Source: Sminthopsis crassicaudata (lineage: Eukaryota). From it: a stretch of 64,000 nt of DNA. The stretch is taken from assembly GCF_048593235.1 (NCBI RefSeq), contig NC_133621.1, positions 219,873,238 to 219,937,237 on the forward strand, in the 5' to 3' direction. Below the pieces are notes generated by a model. The model was not told the origin of the DNA. It saw only the letters and a program-made list of their open reading frames with translations, and searched no databases. Positions 10,770 to 22,854 of the stretch are shown in pieces (within the stretch, counting starts at the first letter, position 1; each line of letters starts with the position of its first letter). The translations under genes were made by a program, and so were the position numbers.

Positions 10770-11926
10770 TATCATGAACTCTTATGTTCTAGTCAAACTG
10801 GAGTTATGAGTATCTAGCCAAATATGAGAGTAAAGCCTTTACTTGTTACTTTTTTACAGGCTATTTTCTTCATCTGGAGTATATTCTTTCTTCAATTCTG
10901 TCTCATACAATCCTTAGCTCTCTATGACTTGACTGTAATGATATCCTAAGTGAAACCTTTCCCAGATTCTGCCACCCCAATCCTGTCCCCTTGCAATTAC
11001 TTTCTATATATATTGTATTTCCTTAACTGGATACATACTGTTTTACCTGGGAAAGGTAAGATCCTTAAGTTCGAGACTGTTTCTTTTTTGTTTTTATATC
11101 TATAATTCTTAACACAGTTGCTGCTACAGAGCAGTACTAAATAAACTTATCTTGATGCTTGACTTGGGATGACTTTGATTTGCAACCCAGAGTGTACCAA
11201 ACACAACTCTGTCTCTTCTAGTAGAGTCAGGTCTGCTTGATGGTGACTTGAAACATATAATTCCAGTTGTTAGCATATGTGTACAGTCATTAATCCCAGA
11301 GTCAGAGAAGGTAACCAGATGACCAGAGTACTATTGCCCACATATGCAGGCACTTTTGTCATTCTGTTCAGGTCAAGGAAATATATTATGTGATGTTAAC
11401 AATTATTTGACTGGAGAAAGGTCATGAGCATCTATGATTTGCTAGGTACATGCTTACCAAATATTGTCTGGAGGAATGCTGAATTGTAAATAGTTCTTAA
11501 GGCTCAGAAAGGAGGTCATGTGGAAGACAAGACTTCTTTGTCATTTCCTTCTGCTTTGGATTGAATACTATGGATATAGCAGGAAGAATGATACTAAAAG
11601 CAGTGAAGAACTTTATGATAAAAAGGCTAATTCCCTTCACAAGCAAAATGCATTTCAGCTTTCCAGACTTATTACTTTTTTCACTTTTTATTCTCACTAT
11701 TTTTTATTAAAATTGATTGTTCCCCACAAATGTCATTCCATGTCTCATCTCTGACTTTGCTCAGGGTGTATTCTATACTGGAATGCACTTTGTCCTCATA
11801 TCCATCTCTTAGAATTCTTAGCTTCCTTCAAAACTCAGTTTAATCTCCTACAGCATCCCTTTCCTGATCTTCCCAACTGCTAGTACATTTTCCCTGCCCC
11901 ATCAACTCATTTTTGTGCAGGTTGAT

Positions 11927-12075
11927 TGGTTGTTGTCTTTTGTTCTTGAAGAGGATTGAAATGTCATTTGTATTTTGGAGTCAAGGTTCTGTGTTTCCAA
12001 CTGTGACTGATCAGACTAATAATATGAGTGTGAAAGTTACCCAGGATGGGCACAAATTGTACATAAGAACATTGA
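11927..12075 (-). mobile_element. RTE-derived SINE fragment
   Basis: GTTGTTGTC.TTGTTCTTGAAGAGGA..GGAGTCAAGG..CTGTGACTGATCAGAC resembles the 3' end of marsupial RTESINE/WALLSI. Confidence 0.5.
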
Positions 12076-12599
12076 AAGTAGAGTTTCTGCTACAGTTTCT
12101 AACATGTAGTAAGTATGTAATAATTGCTTGCTGTTCCAGGTGAGATGGTCTCATAAACAGTGCAGAGGACCTTCCACCTTTATTTCAGCAATGATTTATT
12201 TAACAAGAGCACCAGATCAAGCAACACCTCTCAAATCCAAAGTGATCCTTCAGGAAGCTAATTCATCCAATTCAGACAGAAACAAAAAGATGGCCAAAGG
12301 CTAAGAGCCCTGGAAGAGGAAACCGTCCAAAATTTCTCCTCTCAGGGAAGTCCCAAAAGCTTCCTGACTGGAAAAACTCCAGCAACAGTGAACAGTAGTA
12401 TGACCAGAATTGTTCCCAGAGGGTACAGAAGAAACAGGATCCTGATCTCAGAAGCTTCAGAGGGAAGAGAAGACTATCCATTGTCTTGATTAGGGACCAC
12501 CACACACAAAACTCTGACCTCATAGTAAAAAAAAATTTTTTTAATGGTCTTAAGAAAAAAAGGAAGAAAAGGGGAACTATATTAAGGAAAAACTGAGAA

Positions 12600-13097
12600 A
12601 GGGGACGGACTATCTTGCATAGTCAGTGAATGTGGGATGAAGGGTATATAAATGTAGGGGAAGGGATGATTCAGTGTGATATGAATCTCACTTTCATCTG
12701 AGCTGAACAAAATGGTTTAACACAGTTTCACATACATAGTCACATAGATTTTTGGTGCACAAATATATTAACCCTCAACAGGAAAATAGGGATAATAAGG
12801 AAGGAGGATAGTTTAGAGGTAGGATAGGGATGGTATACAGAAAACAAATTCTAGGGTGGCTATGATGGATCATGAATGGGAGATTAAGAGGAAAAATAAT
12901 AAGAACTTGAGATGGAAACTAGTAAGGAGAAAAGAAGAGGAACAGTGGGGCAAAGAGATCACTTCTGTTATAGTTCACTAAATGTTAAACCAACTTTTTT
13001 TTACCATCACCTTTGTAAAGAGAAGGTAGGGAGCAAAGAAAGGGAAAAAAAGAAAGGTCAGGATGGAGGGAAATACACCATTGATAGTTACAACCAC
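12600..13097 (+). mobile_element. Old L1 (inter-ORF/ORF2 start), host of the ERV; continues at 16497-16630
   Basis: Joining the flanks across the ERV gives ATGGAGGGAAATACACC...ACAACCAC|AAATAAGAATGGGGG..CACCCATCAAATG..TACAAGAAACA, a degenerate L1 ORF2 N-terminus. Confidence 0.55.
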
Positions 13098-13472
13098 TGC
13101 TGAATTATGGGACCATGCTGAGAGGGAGTACTGAGACCACCTAGATCTTTGATGCACAATAAGTTTTCTGCCATGTTGCAGAAAAACCATTGTTAAGCAA
13201 GGAGCATTGATTTGTGATCGTAAGCCGAGTGAGCTGCTGAATTGCTAAATTGTCTCTTCCCATTAGTGATACCATGCACATGCAATGCCCATGAGCTGCT
13301 TCTCTGGATGGTGATTGGGCCAATCAAGCTTGCAAAATTGTATATCAATAAGGCTGTACGGCATAATAAACTGGAACTCTGTTCATCCCCTATGAGTCTC
13401 CCCCCCCATTCATCTTGCCTCTGAGATCAAAGGGCTCATATTATTGAGCTCTTAAAAGATGGCCGTAGCAAC
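13098..13472 (+). repeat. 5' LTR of the ERV
   Basis: Aligns with 16037-16496 and contains AATAAA at ~13365. It is followed by TGGCTCCTGAA, 9/11 identical to the tRNA-Lys3 PBS TGGCGCCCGAA. Confidence 0.88.
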
Positions 13473-13489
13473 TGGCTCCTGAAATATTT

Positions 13490-14330
13490 GAAGGGAATAA
13501 AATAGTAGATGGTCTGCTTACATGAGGTATTCTCCTTTGCCCTCTAGAACAACCTCACGTATATTTGCATCTGTCCTCCAGATCTCTTCAGAGATTGTAT
13601 GGGGTGTCCTGACAAGAAGCTACAAGCATAGTAAAAAGATGTATAGCTTGTGTACCATATTCTCAAAGACTTGTAGAGTTGGGGACTAACTCCAGAGGTG
13701 ACAGGCCAAATGATATATGGCAAATGAATGTTACACATATGGGAAAAAACATGCATTCATGATACATTGACACTGATTCAGGTTTTGTATCTGCATCTTC
13801 TCAATGAGGGAAAACCGCTTCACATGTAATAAATCATCTATTCCACTGTTTTGTCTCTATGGGTATCCCACATATCATTAAGATTGATAATGGACCCTCA
13901 TCTACTTTAAAAATATTAAAATAATTCTTACAGGAATTCTCCATACATCATATTTTTGGGATTCCTTACAATCCTACAGGACAGGCCATTGTAGACAGGA
14001 CTAATCAGACCCTCAAGAGATAGGATTACTAAGAAAAATATAGATAATAATAAGTATATAATATATATGATATAAGTATAAAAATATTACTTAAACATTT
14101 GATTCAAATGATTTAAATCAAGCTATGAAATACTCTCTGGTGAAAATAGACAGAGAATCACTTAAAGATGACACCCATCTTCATTAAGAAAGCCCCCTAA
14201 GAACGAAACCATAGTAATGAAAAAGGTCCTGAAGGAGGGACTTTATAAGGTTCTAATGTGGTGGCCAGGATATGCTTGTATCTCCACAGGAGAAAACCTT
14301 CAGCAGACACCTCAAAGTTGTCCATAGAAC
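13490..14330 (+). pseudogene. Decayed retroviral RNaseH end plus integrase
   Basis: Piecewise translation gives [60 protein letters not shown] and WWPGYACISTGE (betaretroviral IN). Multiple stops and frameshifts. Confidence 0.85.
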
Positions 14331-16010
14331 TGAAGAGGAACAAAGGAAGAAGAGGCAACCGTCCAAAAGGAGGATATGTGCCTCCAATTCCACTAGTAAT
14401 ATGTTTTCTATATATATGGGTTTGTGTTACATACAATCAGGAATGGCAACAGAGACCAAAAGGTGGGCTATCATGATGAACCCACCATGGCCTAGTATTG
14501 TCTCATGAGGGGAATGCATACCAGATGCAGTGCTAACAGGAAATGCATCCCGACTAATCAGGGATGAATTTCACTTTGAGAAATGCAATGGAACTATGGC
14601 AAAAGTAAAGTACAACTTTGCTGGACTTGCTAATAGGTTTCCTTTGTGCTGGTCTTGAAGAAATAGTACCTATTATGTACAAGTGAAGAACATGACTTTA
14701 GAAAGGACAGCTTCGGGTATGGGGCGTCATGTGACACATATACTGGGCATGCAGGGGATGCCCTCTCATAGAGACACCCTCATCCATGTGGAAGGGTTGC
14801 AGTGGTGTGTCTACATAAAGGGGTCATCAGGCTGGCCCCTCATATCTGTGTGCCGTGCCCATATTCGTACTTGTTATACACTTGCAAACTGGACATTACA
14901 ATTGAGGCCTGAGGCCAAAAAGATGACAGTCTTCCAGTACCTGTTTGGGTACCTTACAATAACAATGCCTTTAAAGGTTTATGGAAAGCACAAGCCTCCA
15001 TGGGACACATTCTGGTCACTCAAGAATTGGGCCGGGTTTGGCACATGGAAAAACACCTTGGGCCCTGGTTCTTGGACAAATGGCCTGAGAATTGGATACC
15101 AGTTCTATACTAAAGCCTGTCTGGGAGGGAAATATGCATTTATGTGGGAAGACTCTGTAACTGTTACCAAAGAAACATTAGATTTTTACAATGTTACTTG
15201 TTGGAATTGAACAGTTAGTGATTGCTTAGATACTGAAACTGAAAATCAGACTGTATTTGTGATCACTAGAGCTCATGTATCAATGCTTCCTATCAAAAGT
15301 GAGAAATAGTATAGTACTAGGACTGATCATATGCTCAATACCATCATAGAAAAGAAGGAAACAAATCTTAGTCCCATTAGAAAAAAAGAGATGTATCAGC
15401 TGTGTCATATTAGATATCACTATGTAGGTTTCACTTATAGTTTCATCAGTCTTTCTAATGTACAAAACAGCACAGTACAAGCTAGATATATAGAGGAACT
15501 AGCCAGGAATGTCTCAGTGGGTTTTGCCCGACAAGCTAAGATAGATGAACAATTGTATCCGATGATAAAAGAGAAGTATCATTGGAAATAGGAGCAGAAC
15601 TGGAGTTATTGAAACTCCAGGCTCTATTACAAAGTGATTACAGATATACAAAGGTTGGGTAACTCCTTTTCTATATAATCATACAGGTCAAGATTATGTT
15701 TGGGGCAGTATCAAGAGTCATTTGAATGGTTTATTTCTCAATAATACAATTGAAGATGACAGAAAGTCTATATAAATTAGCATCTGACATAGAGAAAGTT
15801 TCTCATGAAGATTTGAATCCAGATAAAACTGCTGAAAAAATCATACATTGGTTTGATAATACTTCTTCATGGTGGTTAAAATTAGAGTAATGGATTGTCC
15901 TGTATGTTGTTATGTTGTTACTGCTTTGTTGTTGTCCTGTAATAGTAGGATGTTTTTATAGATCTTTCTCCACTATCCTTTCAGAGGTTGCAGCTCAAGA
16001 AAGGGCCTTT
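14330..16010 (+). pseudogene. Decayed betaretroviral-type env (SU plus TM)
   Basis: TM-like pieces SLSNVQNSTVQARYIEELARNVSVGFARQAKIDEQL, ELELLKLQALLQ.DY and W.SIKSHL, then a hydrophobic anchor before the PPT. Broken into several short ORFs (e.g. 14683-15210, 15331-15591). Confidence 0.75.
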
Positions 16011-16036
16011 TAATCTAAAAAATAAAAAGGGGGAAT

Positions 16037-16496
16037 TGCTGAATTATGGGACCCTGACAAAAGGGAGTATTGAAGCCACCTTTGATGCACACTATATTTT
16101 CTGCCACGTTGCAGAAACCATGGTGCAGAAACTCCCTTGTTAAGCCAGGAGTATTGATTTGGGATCGTAAGCCGAGAGTCACAACTAGTGGCTCCGTGAA
16201 CAGGAATACCTGAACGGGGCCTCTAACCCTTGAGGGAGCTGCTGAATTGCTGGATTGACTCTCCTCCCATTGGTAAATAGCATGCATACACAATGCCCAC
16301 AAGCTTCTCTGAATGGTGATTGGGAATTTTCTACTGTTCATGTGCTGATCACGCCTGCAAAAATGTATCTCAACATGGCTGTATGGCATAATAAACTGGA
16401 ACTCTTTTCACACCCTATGAGTCTCCCACTTCTTTCTTCTTGCCTCTGAGATAAAGGAGCTCATATGCCATGACCTCTTAAAAGACGGCTGCAACA
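16037..16496 (+). repeat. 3' LTR of the ERV
   Basis: TG...CA termini, directly after the PPT AAAAAAATAAAAAGGGGGAA and followed by the TSD. Confidence 0.9.
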
Positions 16497-16647
16497 AACC
16501 ACAAATAAGAATGGGGGTGATATCACCCATCAAATGAAAGAAGGTAATAGTATAATTTAGGAAGCAGAGCCCAATAAGTTATTTACAAGAAACATAGCCT
16601 CACACAGAATTGTACTAAGGGGACTGGGTTAAATTTTAATTATATTA

Positions 16648-17140
16648 TGAATATTATGGAATATTATTGTTTTGTAAGAAATGACCAGCAGGATAAATAC
16701 AGAAAGGTTTGGAGAACTTACATGAACTGATGCTAAGTGAAATGAGCAGAACCAGAAGTTCATTGTACACCTCAACAATAATACTATATGAGGATCAGTT
16801 CTAATGGACATGGCTATCTTCAACAACGAGAGGATCCAGATCAGTTCCAATTGATCAGTAATAAACAGAATCAGCTACACCCAGCAAAAGAACACTGGGA
16901 AATGAGTGTGGATCACAACATAGCATTTACACTCTTTCTGTTATTGTTTGCTTGAATTTTTGTTTTTCTTCCCAGGTTATATCCCAATATACTTTTTAAT
17001 ATATTTGACATGTATGGGACTATCTGTCATCTAGGGGAGGGAGTGGAGAGGAGGGGAAAAGTTGGAACAGAAGTTTTTGCAAGTGTTATTGTTGAAAAAT
17101 TACCCATGTTTTGTCAGTAAAAAGCTATAATAAAAAATAA
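16648..17140 (+). mobile_element. 5'-truncated L1 (ORF2 C-terminus plus 3' UTR)
   Basis: AATATTATGGAATATTATTG..AGAAATGACCAGCAGG..CTGATGCTAAGTGAAATGAGCAGAACCAG, homologous to the 3' end of the full-length L1, ending in an A-rich tail. Confidence 0.85.
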
Positions 17141-17364
17141 ACTGATCGTGCTTAGAAAAAATTTTAATTATACTTCAGTTGAATTTAATCTAATTTAATT
17201 TTTTCAAGTGAATTTTTAAAAAAGCAAGGATAACAATTATAACTTTAGAGAAAACAACCATATAAATGTACAGGATTAAAACAGATAAACAGGGAAACTT
17301 CATTCTTTTTCAATTCACCATGAATAACAAATCAATATCAATATTTAATATATGAAGGGATACC

Positions 17365-17715
17365 TAAAGATAGCTGGGTGATGGCTCTGGATATAATGTT
17401 GGTCCTGGAATCAGGAAAACCAGAGTTAAAATCTGGCCTTAGATACCTTAGATACCTTAGATTATGATTGGGACAGTATCAAGAGGCATTTGAAGGATTT
17501 ATTTCTCGATAACACAATTGAAGATGACATAGAAAGTGTATATAAATTAGCTAAGTGACCATGGCTAAATTTCTTAATCTCTGTTTGGCTCCATTTCCTC
17601 TGTTTTAAAATAGGAATAACAATATCATCTACTTTCCAGGTTTGTTGTGAGAGTCAAATGAAATAATATTTGTCAAGTGCTTAGCACAGTGCCTGATTAA
17701 TAATTAGTACTTAAT
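17365..17715 (+). mobile_element. MIR/Ther-type CORE SINE interrupted by a 93-bp retroviral env fragment (17459-17551)
   Basis: SINE head (GGAATCAGGAAAACCAGAGTTAAAATC), core resuming at CTAAGTGACC and a MIR-like tail (AAGTGCTTAGCACAGTGCCTG..AATAAATGC). The insert aligns with env at 15691-15781. Confidence 0.8.
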
Positions 17716-17959
17716 AAATGCTTATTTCCTTCTTTAATATCTAATTGCACTGAATGGTATAGCTTTTGAATATTTCCAGGAGGATAGGTTATATATATAT
17801 ATATCACTAGGAGATTTAGTGGATGATATTGGAGGTGGAGTCAGGAAGACCTGTGTTTAAATCCAACTTTAGGCATTTATTTGCTGTGTGATCAGGCTAG
17901 GCACTTAATCTCTGTCTGTCTTAATTTCCTTATTTAAAAAAATAGGAATAACAAAAGTA

Positions 17960-18287
17960 CAGCCATACCTCAGAGATATTTGAGTTTAGTTCTAGGCCAC
18001 CATAATACAAGAAATATAGTGATAAAATGAATCACATGAAAATTTTCCAGTGCTTATATTATACTATACTGTATTCTATTAAGTGTGTAATAGTCCAAAC
18101 AAACTCCATATATGCCTTAATTTAAAAAATTCTTATTACTAAAAATGCTAATTTTTATCTGACCCTTCAGTAAATTGTAATATTTTTGCTGGTAGATGTC
18201 TTGTTTCCATGTTGATACTGATTGATTAGCCTGGTGGTTGTTGAATGTTGGGTGGTTGTGGAAATTTCTCAAAATAAGACAACAATG
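17960..18287 (+). mobile_element. Tigger1-like (TcMar) DNA transposon terminal fragment
   Basis: TA followed by CAGCCATACCTCAGAGATATT..GTTCTAGGCCACC, and ..GGTGGTTGTGGAAATTTCTCAAAATAAGACAACAATG; matches my recollection of the Tigger1 terminus. Confidence 0.75.
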
Positions 18288-18325
18288 TGTGTGACCCTGA
18301 ACAAGTCACTTAACCCCAATTGTCT

Positions 18326-18495
18326 TAGCAACTCTAGCCTACATGAAACCTGAAACCAGTGATACTGAGGATACAGATCTAGTTTTCTCCCTTTTCTACA
18401 CAGTTGTAATTCCCATTCTCAAACCTTTTATCTATGCCCTGAGGAACAAGGAGGTGATGGGAGCCCTGAGGTGTAAATTAACAAAACACCTTTGA
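18326..18495 (+). pseudogene. 3' remnant (end of TM6 to stop) of an OR10P-like duplicate
   Basis: Aligns with 5023-5190 (TACATGAAACCTG..GAGGAACAAGGAGGTGATGGGAGCCCTGAGG.GTAAATTAACAAAACACCTTTGA). The upstream ~760 nt of CDS is missing and replaced by SINE/Tigger fragments. Confidence 0.9.
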
Positions 18496-19385
18496 AGTCC
18501 TTGACTGGTCCAGATTTGCTTGGCTACCTTTTTGGTGAGTTTAGAGATCTTACTGATCTTTTATATTTTTTAAGTTAAATTTTATACTTTTAAACTATCA
18601 AACATTTTTATTTGTTTTTCTATTCCCTGCCCTCATGGAAAAATAAAAAAAAAAACTTTGTTACAAATATATAAATTAAAGAAAACAGATTCTTATATTG
18701 ACTTTGTCTAAAATGTGTGGCTCACTCTTTCTTTTTAGTGTTCTTTACTTAGGATCATGACCTGATCTTTGTAAAAGGAAGAAGGACTTATACAATCTGG
18801 ATATCTAAATCTTTTGCATAGTGTGGTAATTCCTGGAAGATGATGATTGAAATGGGCCTCATCTTTCAGAATGATATCTTTCCTATTTTGAAAGTCCCAG
18901 AAATCTCTGTCAATTTTCATCTGAGATCTTGATCTGGTAGCTGTTTTCAGGTTGTGCTTCAATTGGAGGCTAGATGACCACTAATGATGTTCAGATATGG
19001 TTAGACTACATGGACTAGGAAGCCATTATCTGAAGGACATAAATATGTATGTTGAAATTTCCAAGTATAAGGGCTGTGGTTGGGCTGGAGGAGGCTGACC
19101 TCCTAAGATTACTTTTAACATTGAGATTTTGTGACATTATTTGGGGATGTTGAATGTATAACTGTATTCTGAGCTTAGTGCTGTAGTTTGAGAGGGATTT
19201 GCATGGACTAAGGGACATAGACATGAACAGTTTAGTGTGATTATGATATCCCAGCTTTAACAGACTTCAGGATTTGGGACCCCTTTCTGTATAAGAGCCT
19301 TGCAATGGAGACTTTCCCTTCCTCTGTAGTAAGACATTCTATTGGCTATGCTCAGTAGCAGTAGCTACTTTAGTGGTGAGAATAA
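18326..19385 (+). repeat. Old duplication of 5023-~6040 (OR10P 3' end plus downstream flank)
   Basis: Collinear blocks, e.g. TTTTCATCTGAGATC.TGA.CTGGTA.CTGTTTTCAGGTT (5565 vs 18915), TTACTTTTAACATTGAGATTTT and TCAGGATTTGGGACCCCTT. Confidence 0.85.
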
Positions 19386-20768
19386 GTTCTATACAGGAGC
19401 AGCCTTGAACAGGGTTTGATAATCCCTCACACCAAAGGTGCTAATATTCCTAGAATACCACCAACATCTTTCTGGCTTCTCCATTAATTAGGCACAGAAG
19501 AACCTTGGACCATGTGGGACCTTCCAATTCTCTCAAACCCCTTATTTATTTTTTCAATACTTGATTGACAAGCTACTCTAGGACCTTTGGCACCTACTTT
19601 TTTTCTCTTGGCAATAGCAAAATAGTCCTTAGATTCTTTATATAAGAAAGATCCCTATTGAATGCATCATATTTATAAAAGAAAGAGTCTGCAATGCATT
19701 AAATGAAAAGATTTTTTTTTCCAACTATGTATATAGTCTTCCTTGTCCTTCTTTTCCTAGATAATTATCCAGTTCCTTCCTAGAAAGCTTATGGATGAGG
19801 GTATATTCAGATTAATTTAGATTTTGTTTTAATCCTCTGGAAAATGTTTTCTAAACAAAAATTTTAAAGAACTAATGGCACTTTTTATTCAAATCCTCAA
19901 AAAAAAAAAGAAAAGAAAAATCTCTTAATTTTTCTGGGACTTGGTTCTCTATTTTGCAAAATCATGATATTGGGCATCACATGTTAGTTTCAATTTATAT
20001 TTCTAGTCTCATCCTATGTTATTTCTCTTCCATCATTCTTTGCTTCTATGAAGTTCCTCACAAATAACACTCTTTTGTCTGTGTGTCTTTGTACTGGCTG
20101 TCCCCTGAAAAGTTTCACTTTTGTCTCCAGTCTTTGAACCCCAGCTTCCTTCAAAGCTCTGTTCCAGCACTATCATTGCAAGGATTTTCTTGATCTGCTT
20201 CCCTCTCCATACCAGTTCTAGTCTTATAATCTTGAACACACACAGACACAGATACAGCCATACAATACATATACATACTGTGTCCCCTGCTAGAATATAA
20301 GCTTCTTGAGAGCAGGAACTATTTAATTTTTATCTTTGTAATCCCATTGACTAGCACAGTGCTTGGTACATAGTAGGTGCCTATTACATGTGTAATGGTA
20401 GATGATTTCCATGCTTTCTTCTGTATCCAAGTTATCTTTAGGTTAGTTGGGGAAGCTGGGGACATATATTAACTTTTCCATATTCCTTACTCTGGTTGTG
20501 TTCTAGGAAATAGGAAGAGCATCTTTTTGGGATAATCAGTTAAGAGAGGTATTTCTTTCACAGACTTTCACACCAGGGTATTTTTCTTGTGGATTAAAGA
20601 TAACCCACACTTTACAGGTTCAGAGAAGAGGGATCATCTGTGGCTTGAGGTTGAGACCCTGCTTCTTGGGCCCAGGTGCTGTGGATTTATTCTGAGGAGA
20701 CAACTCCACTCTGTTCTTGGCAACATTCATAGCCCCAAAGTAGAGAAAGCTTCTTCTTTTTCTCCTTC

Positions 20769-21707
20769 TTACCTGTTTTGGAGTTGCATAAACTTCTTAA
20801 TCAAGTCTTTCACCACCTGCTTGACTTGCTGATTCCTGAGGGTGTAGATGAAGGGATTCATGAGGGGAGCAATGATTGTGTTGATCAGTGAAACTCCCTT
20901 GTTGAGATCAACCCCTTTGCCTGGAGAAGGTTTTACATACATGAAAAAACAGCTGCCATAGCACATGGAGACAACAATAGCATGAGAGGAGCAGGTGGAG
21001 AAAGCTTTTCTCCTCTCTTGGGATGATGGGATTTTAATGATTGTCCGGATGATCTGGACATAAGACAGAGTGATCAACATCAAGGTGCTGAGGAGGGCTA
21101 CCAAGGCCAAAGTGAAGTCTACCATCTCCAGGACCTTTGGCCCAGTGCAAACCACTTCCATCAGAGGAGTGTAGTCACAGAAGAAGTGATTGATGTGAGA
21201 GTCACAGAAGGGGAGCTGGCTCGTCAGGACCAGAGGGACAATGATAACAGAAAAGCCAGCTAACCAACAGGTAAGGATGATCTGTGTGCAGATTTTGCTG
21301 CTCATGAGGTTTGGGTAGTGAAGGGGCTTGCAGATGGCAACATAGCGGTCATATGACATGGCAGTGAGGAGGAAGAATTCAGTGGCTCCCAGAAAAATAT
21401 GGAAGAAGTCTTGGGCAATACAGCCAGCAAAGCTAATAGTCTTGGTCCCTGTGGCGATATTGACCAACATTTTGGGGACGATGACTGTTTGGAACCAGAT
21501 CTCTAAACAGGACAAGTTCCGGAGGAAGAAATACATTGGAGTCTGTAGGCGGGTGTCCAATAGTGTCAGAGTGATAATGGTCAAGTTGCCAGAAATTGTT
21601 ATCAAGTAGGCTAGCAGCAGGAGCAGGAAAACTACCATCTGCAGGTCCTCAGTATCTGTTAATCCTTGGAGGATGAACTCAGTTATTTTAGTTTCATTGC
21701 CCATCAT
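20769..21707 (-). CDS. Olfactory receptor, family 6 (divergent OR6C-related, possibly OR6U-like), intact, 312 aa
   Basis: Motifs [41 protein letters not shown] and [15 protein letters not shown]; single exon. Confidence 0.95.
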   Translation of the reverse strand: MMGNETKITEFILQGLTDTEDLQMVVFLLLLLAYLITISGNLTIITLTLLDTRLQTPMYFFLRNLSCLEIWFQTVIVPKMLVNIATGTKTISFAGCIAQDFFHIFLGATEFFLLTAMSYDRYVAICKPLHYPNLMSSKICTQIILTCWLAGFSVIIVPLVLTSQLPFCDSHINHFFCDYTPLMEVVCTGPKVLEMVDFTLALVALLSTLMLITLSYVQIIRTIIKIPSSQERRKAFSTCSSHAIVVSMCYGSCFFMYVKPSPGKGVDLNKGVSLINTIIAPLMNPFIYTLRNQQVKQVVKDLIKKFMQLQNR

Positions 21708-22854
21708 TGGCTTTGGTCATTTTCCTGTCATGTACAAATGTGGGGTAAATGAGACAGGTCAGAAATCTCCTCACTTCCCAGAAATACTTATTTATTTGGA
21801 CTATTAACACCAAGACCTGAAAAAACCAAAAAAACCAAAGCTTTATTTAACACAAGTAAAAGAAATTTCAACATTAACATTCCTCTTTGATTTCTCTGTG
21901 TAAATTCTGCAGTATGGAAAATACGGTTCTCCTTTCCACATCCCATTTTTCCCATGATGATTCTGATATATTGCAGGTTGGCATAAGAAATTAAATGGGA
22001 ATTAAAAAAAATTTTTTGCAAAGCCAGAAGATGACAGAAAAAGCTTAGAAACTCAGAAATGCATAAAATACACATTTAGCATTGCATAATATCAACATAT
22101 TTTATCTTTTAAAATTCATTATCTACCATAATAATTATGATTTCTCTGAAATGAAGGAAGGCCCAAACACTTGACACAGATTTTCCAGATGGGAAGGCAC
22201 TACATCCCTAACTTTCATGATATAGAAGTGATAACTGTATGTAAACAAAGAAATTGTGTCTTGCCCAAATTTACATAAATGGAAGTAACAGTAAAAATTC
22301 ATTTAAGAGGAAAGGGAATATACATTTGTTAAGTGTTAATTATGTTCTTGCCACTGTGTTAAGTGCTGCACAACTATTTCATTTGATTTTTATAATATCC
22401 CTAGAAGTGATGTGATTATCCCTACTTTACAGTTGAAGAAACAAGCAGAAACAGAGGGTTAAATGACTTACCCAGGATCACATAGCTAATGACTGAAACC
22501 GGATTTATCTAAGGTTTTCTGGATTCTAGTCTCAGGATCTAGTTTACTTTAAGTAATTTCTATTCTCTTGTTTGCTTTTTAGAGTTATGTCTAGAGTTTC
22601 TAAGCCTCTTGACTGTGTTGATTTATTGGGTCCTGATGATAGGTGAGTAATATCTCATATTTTAATAACATTTTAAGACCTTTTGTAATAGAAGGACCAG
22701 TATTTAAGATTTTTCTGAAGGATCAAATTATATCAATTGATGCAGTGCGTTTTTTTTTAATCCACAAGATAGAAAACAGAAAATAGAAATAGAATGAACA
22801 TTTTATATATCAAAGTCTCTTCTTGTTCTTCTTCTTGTTCTTCTTCTTGTTCTA

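Larger units (their letters stand above)
13098..16496 (+). mobile_element. Endogenous betaretrovirus-like (ERV2/ERVK) provirus, gag-pro-RT deleted
   Basis: Two homologous LTRs both start TGCTGAATTATGGGACC. Perfect 6-bp TSD AACCAC (13092-13097 and 16497-16502), degenerate Lys-type PBS at 13473, polypurine tract at 16016-16035, and decayed integrase and env between the LTRs. Confidence 0.92.

Noticed and set aside
14683-15210. 175-aa ORF in env as a possible domesticated (syncytin-like) gene
   Set aside because: It is only an internal SU fragment. The surrounding env has many stops and frameshifts, and no continuous signal peptide-SU-TM frame exists.
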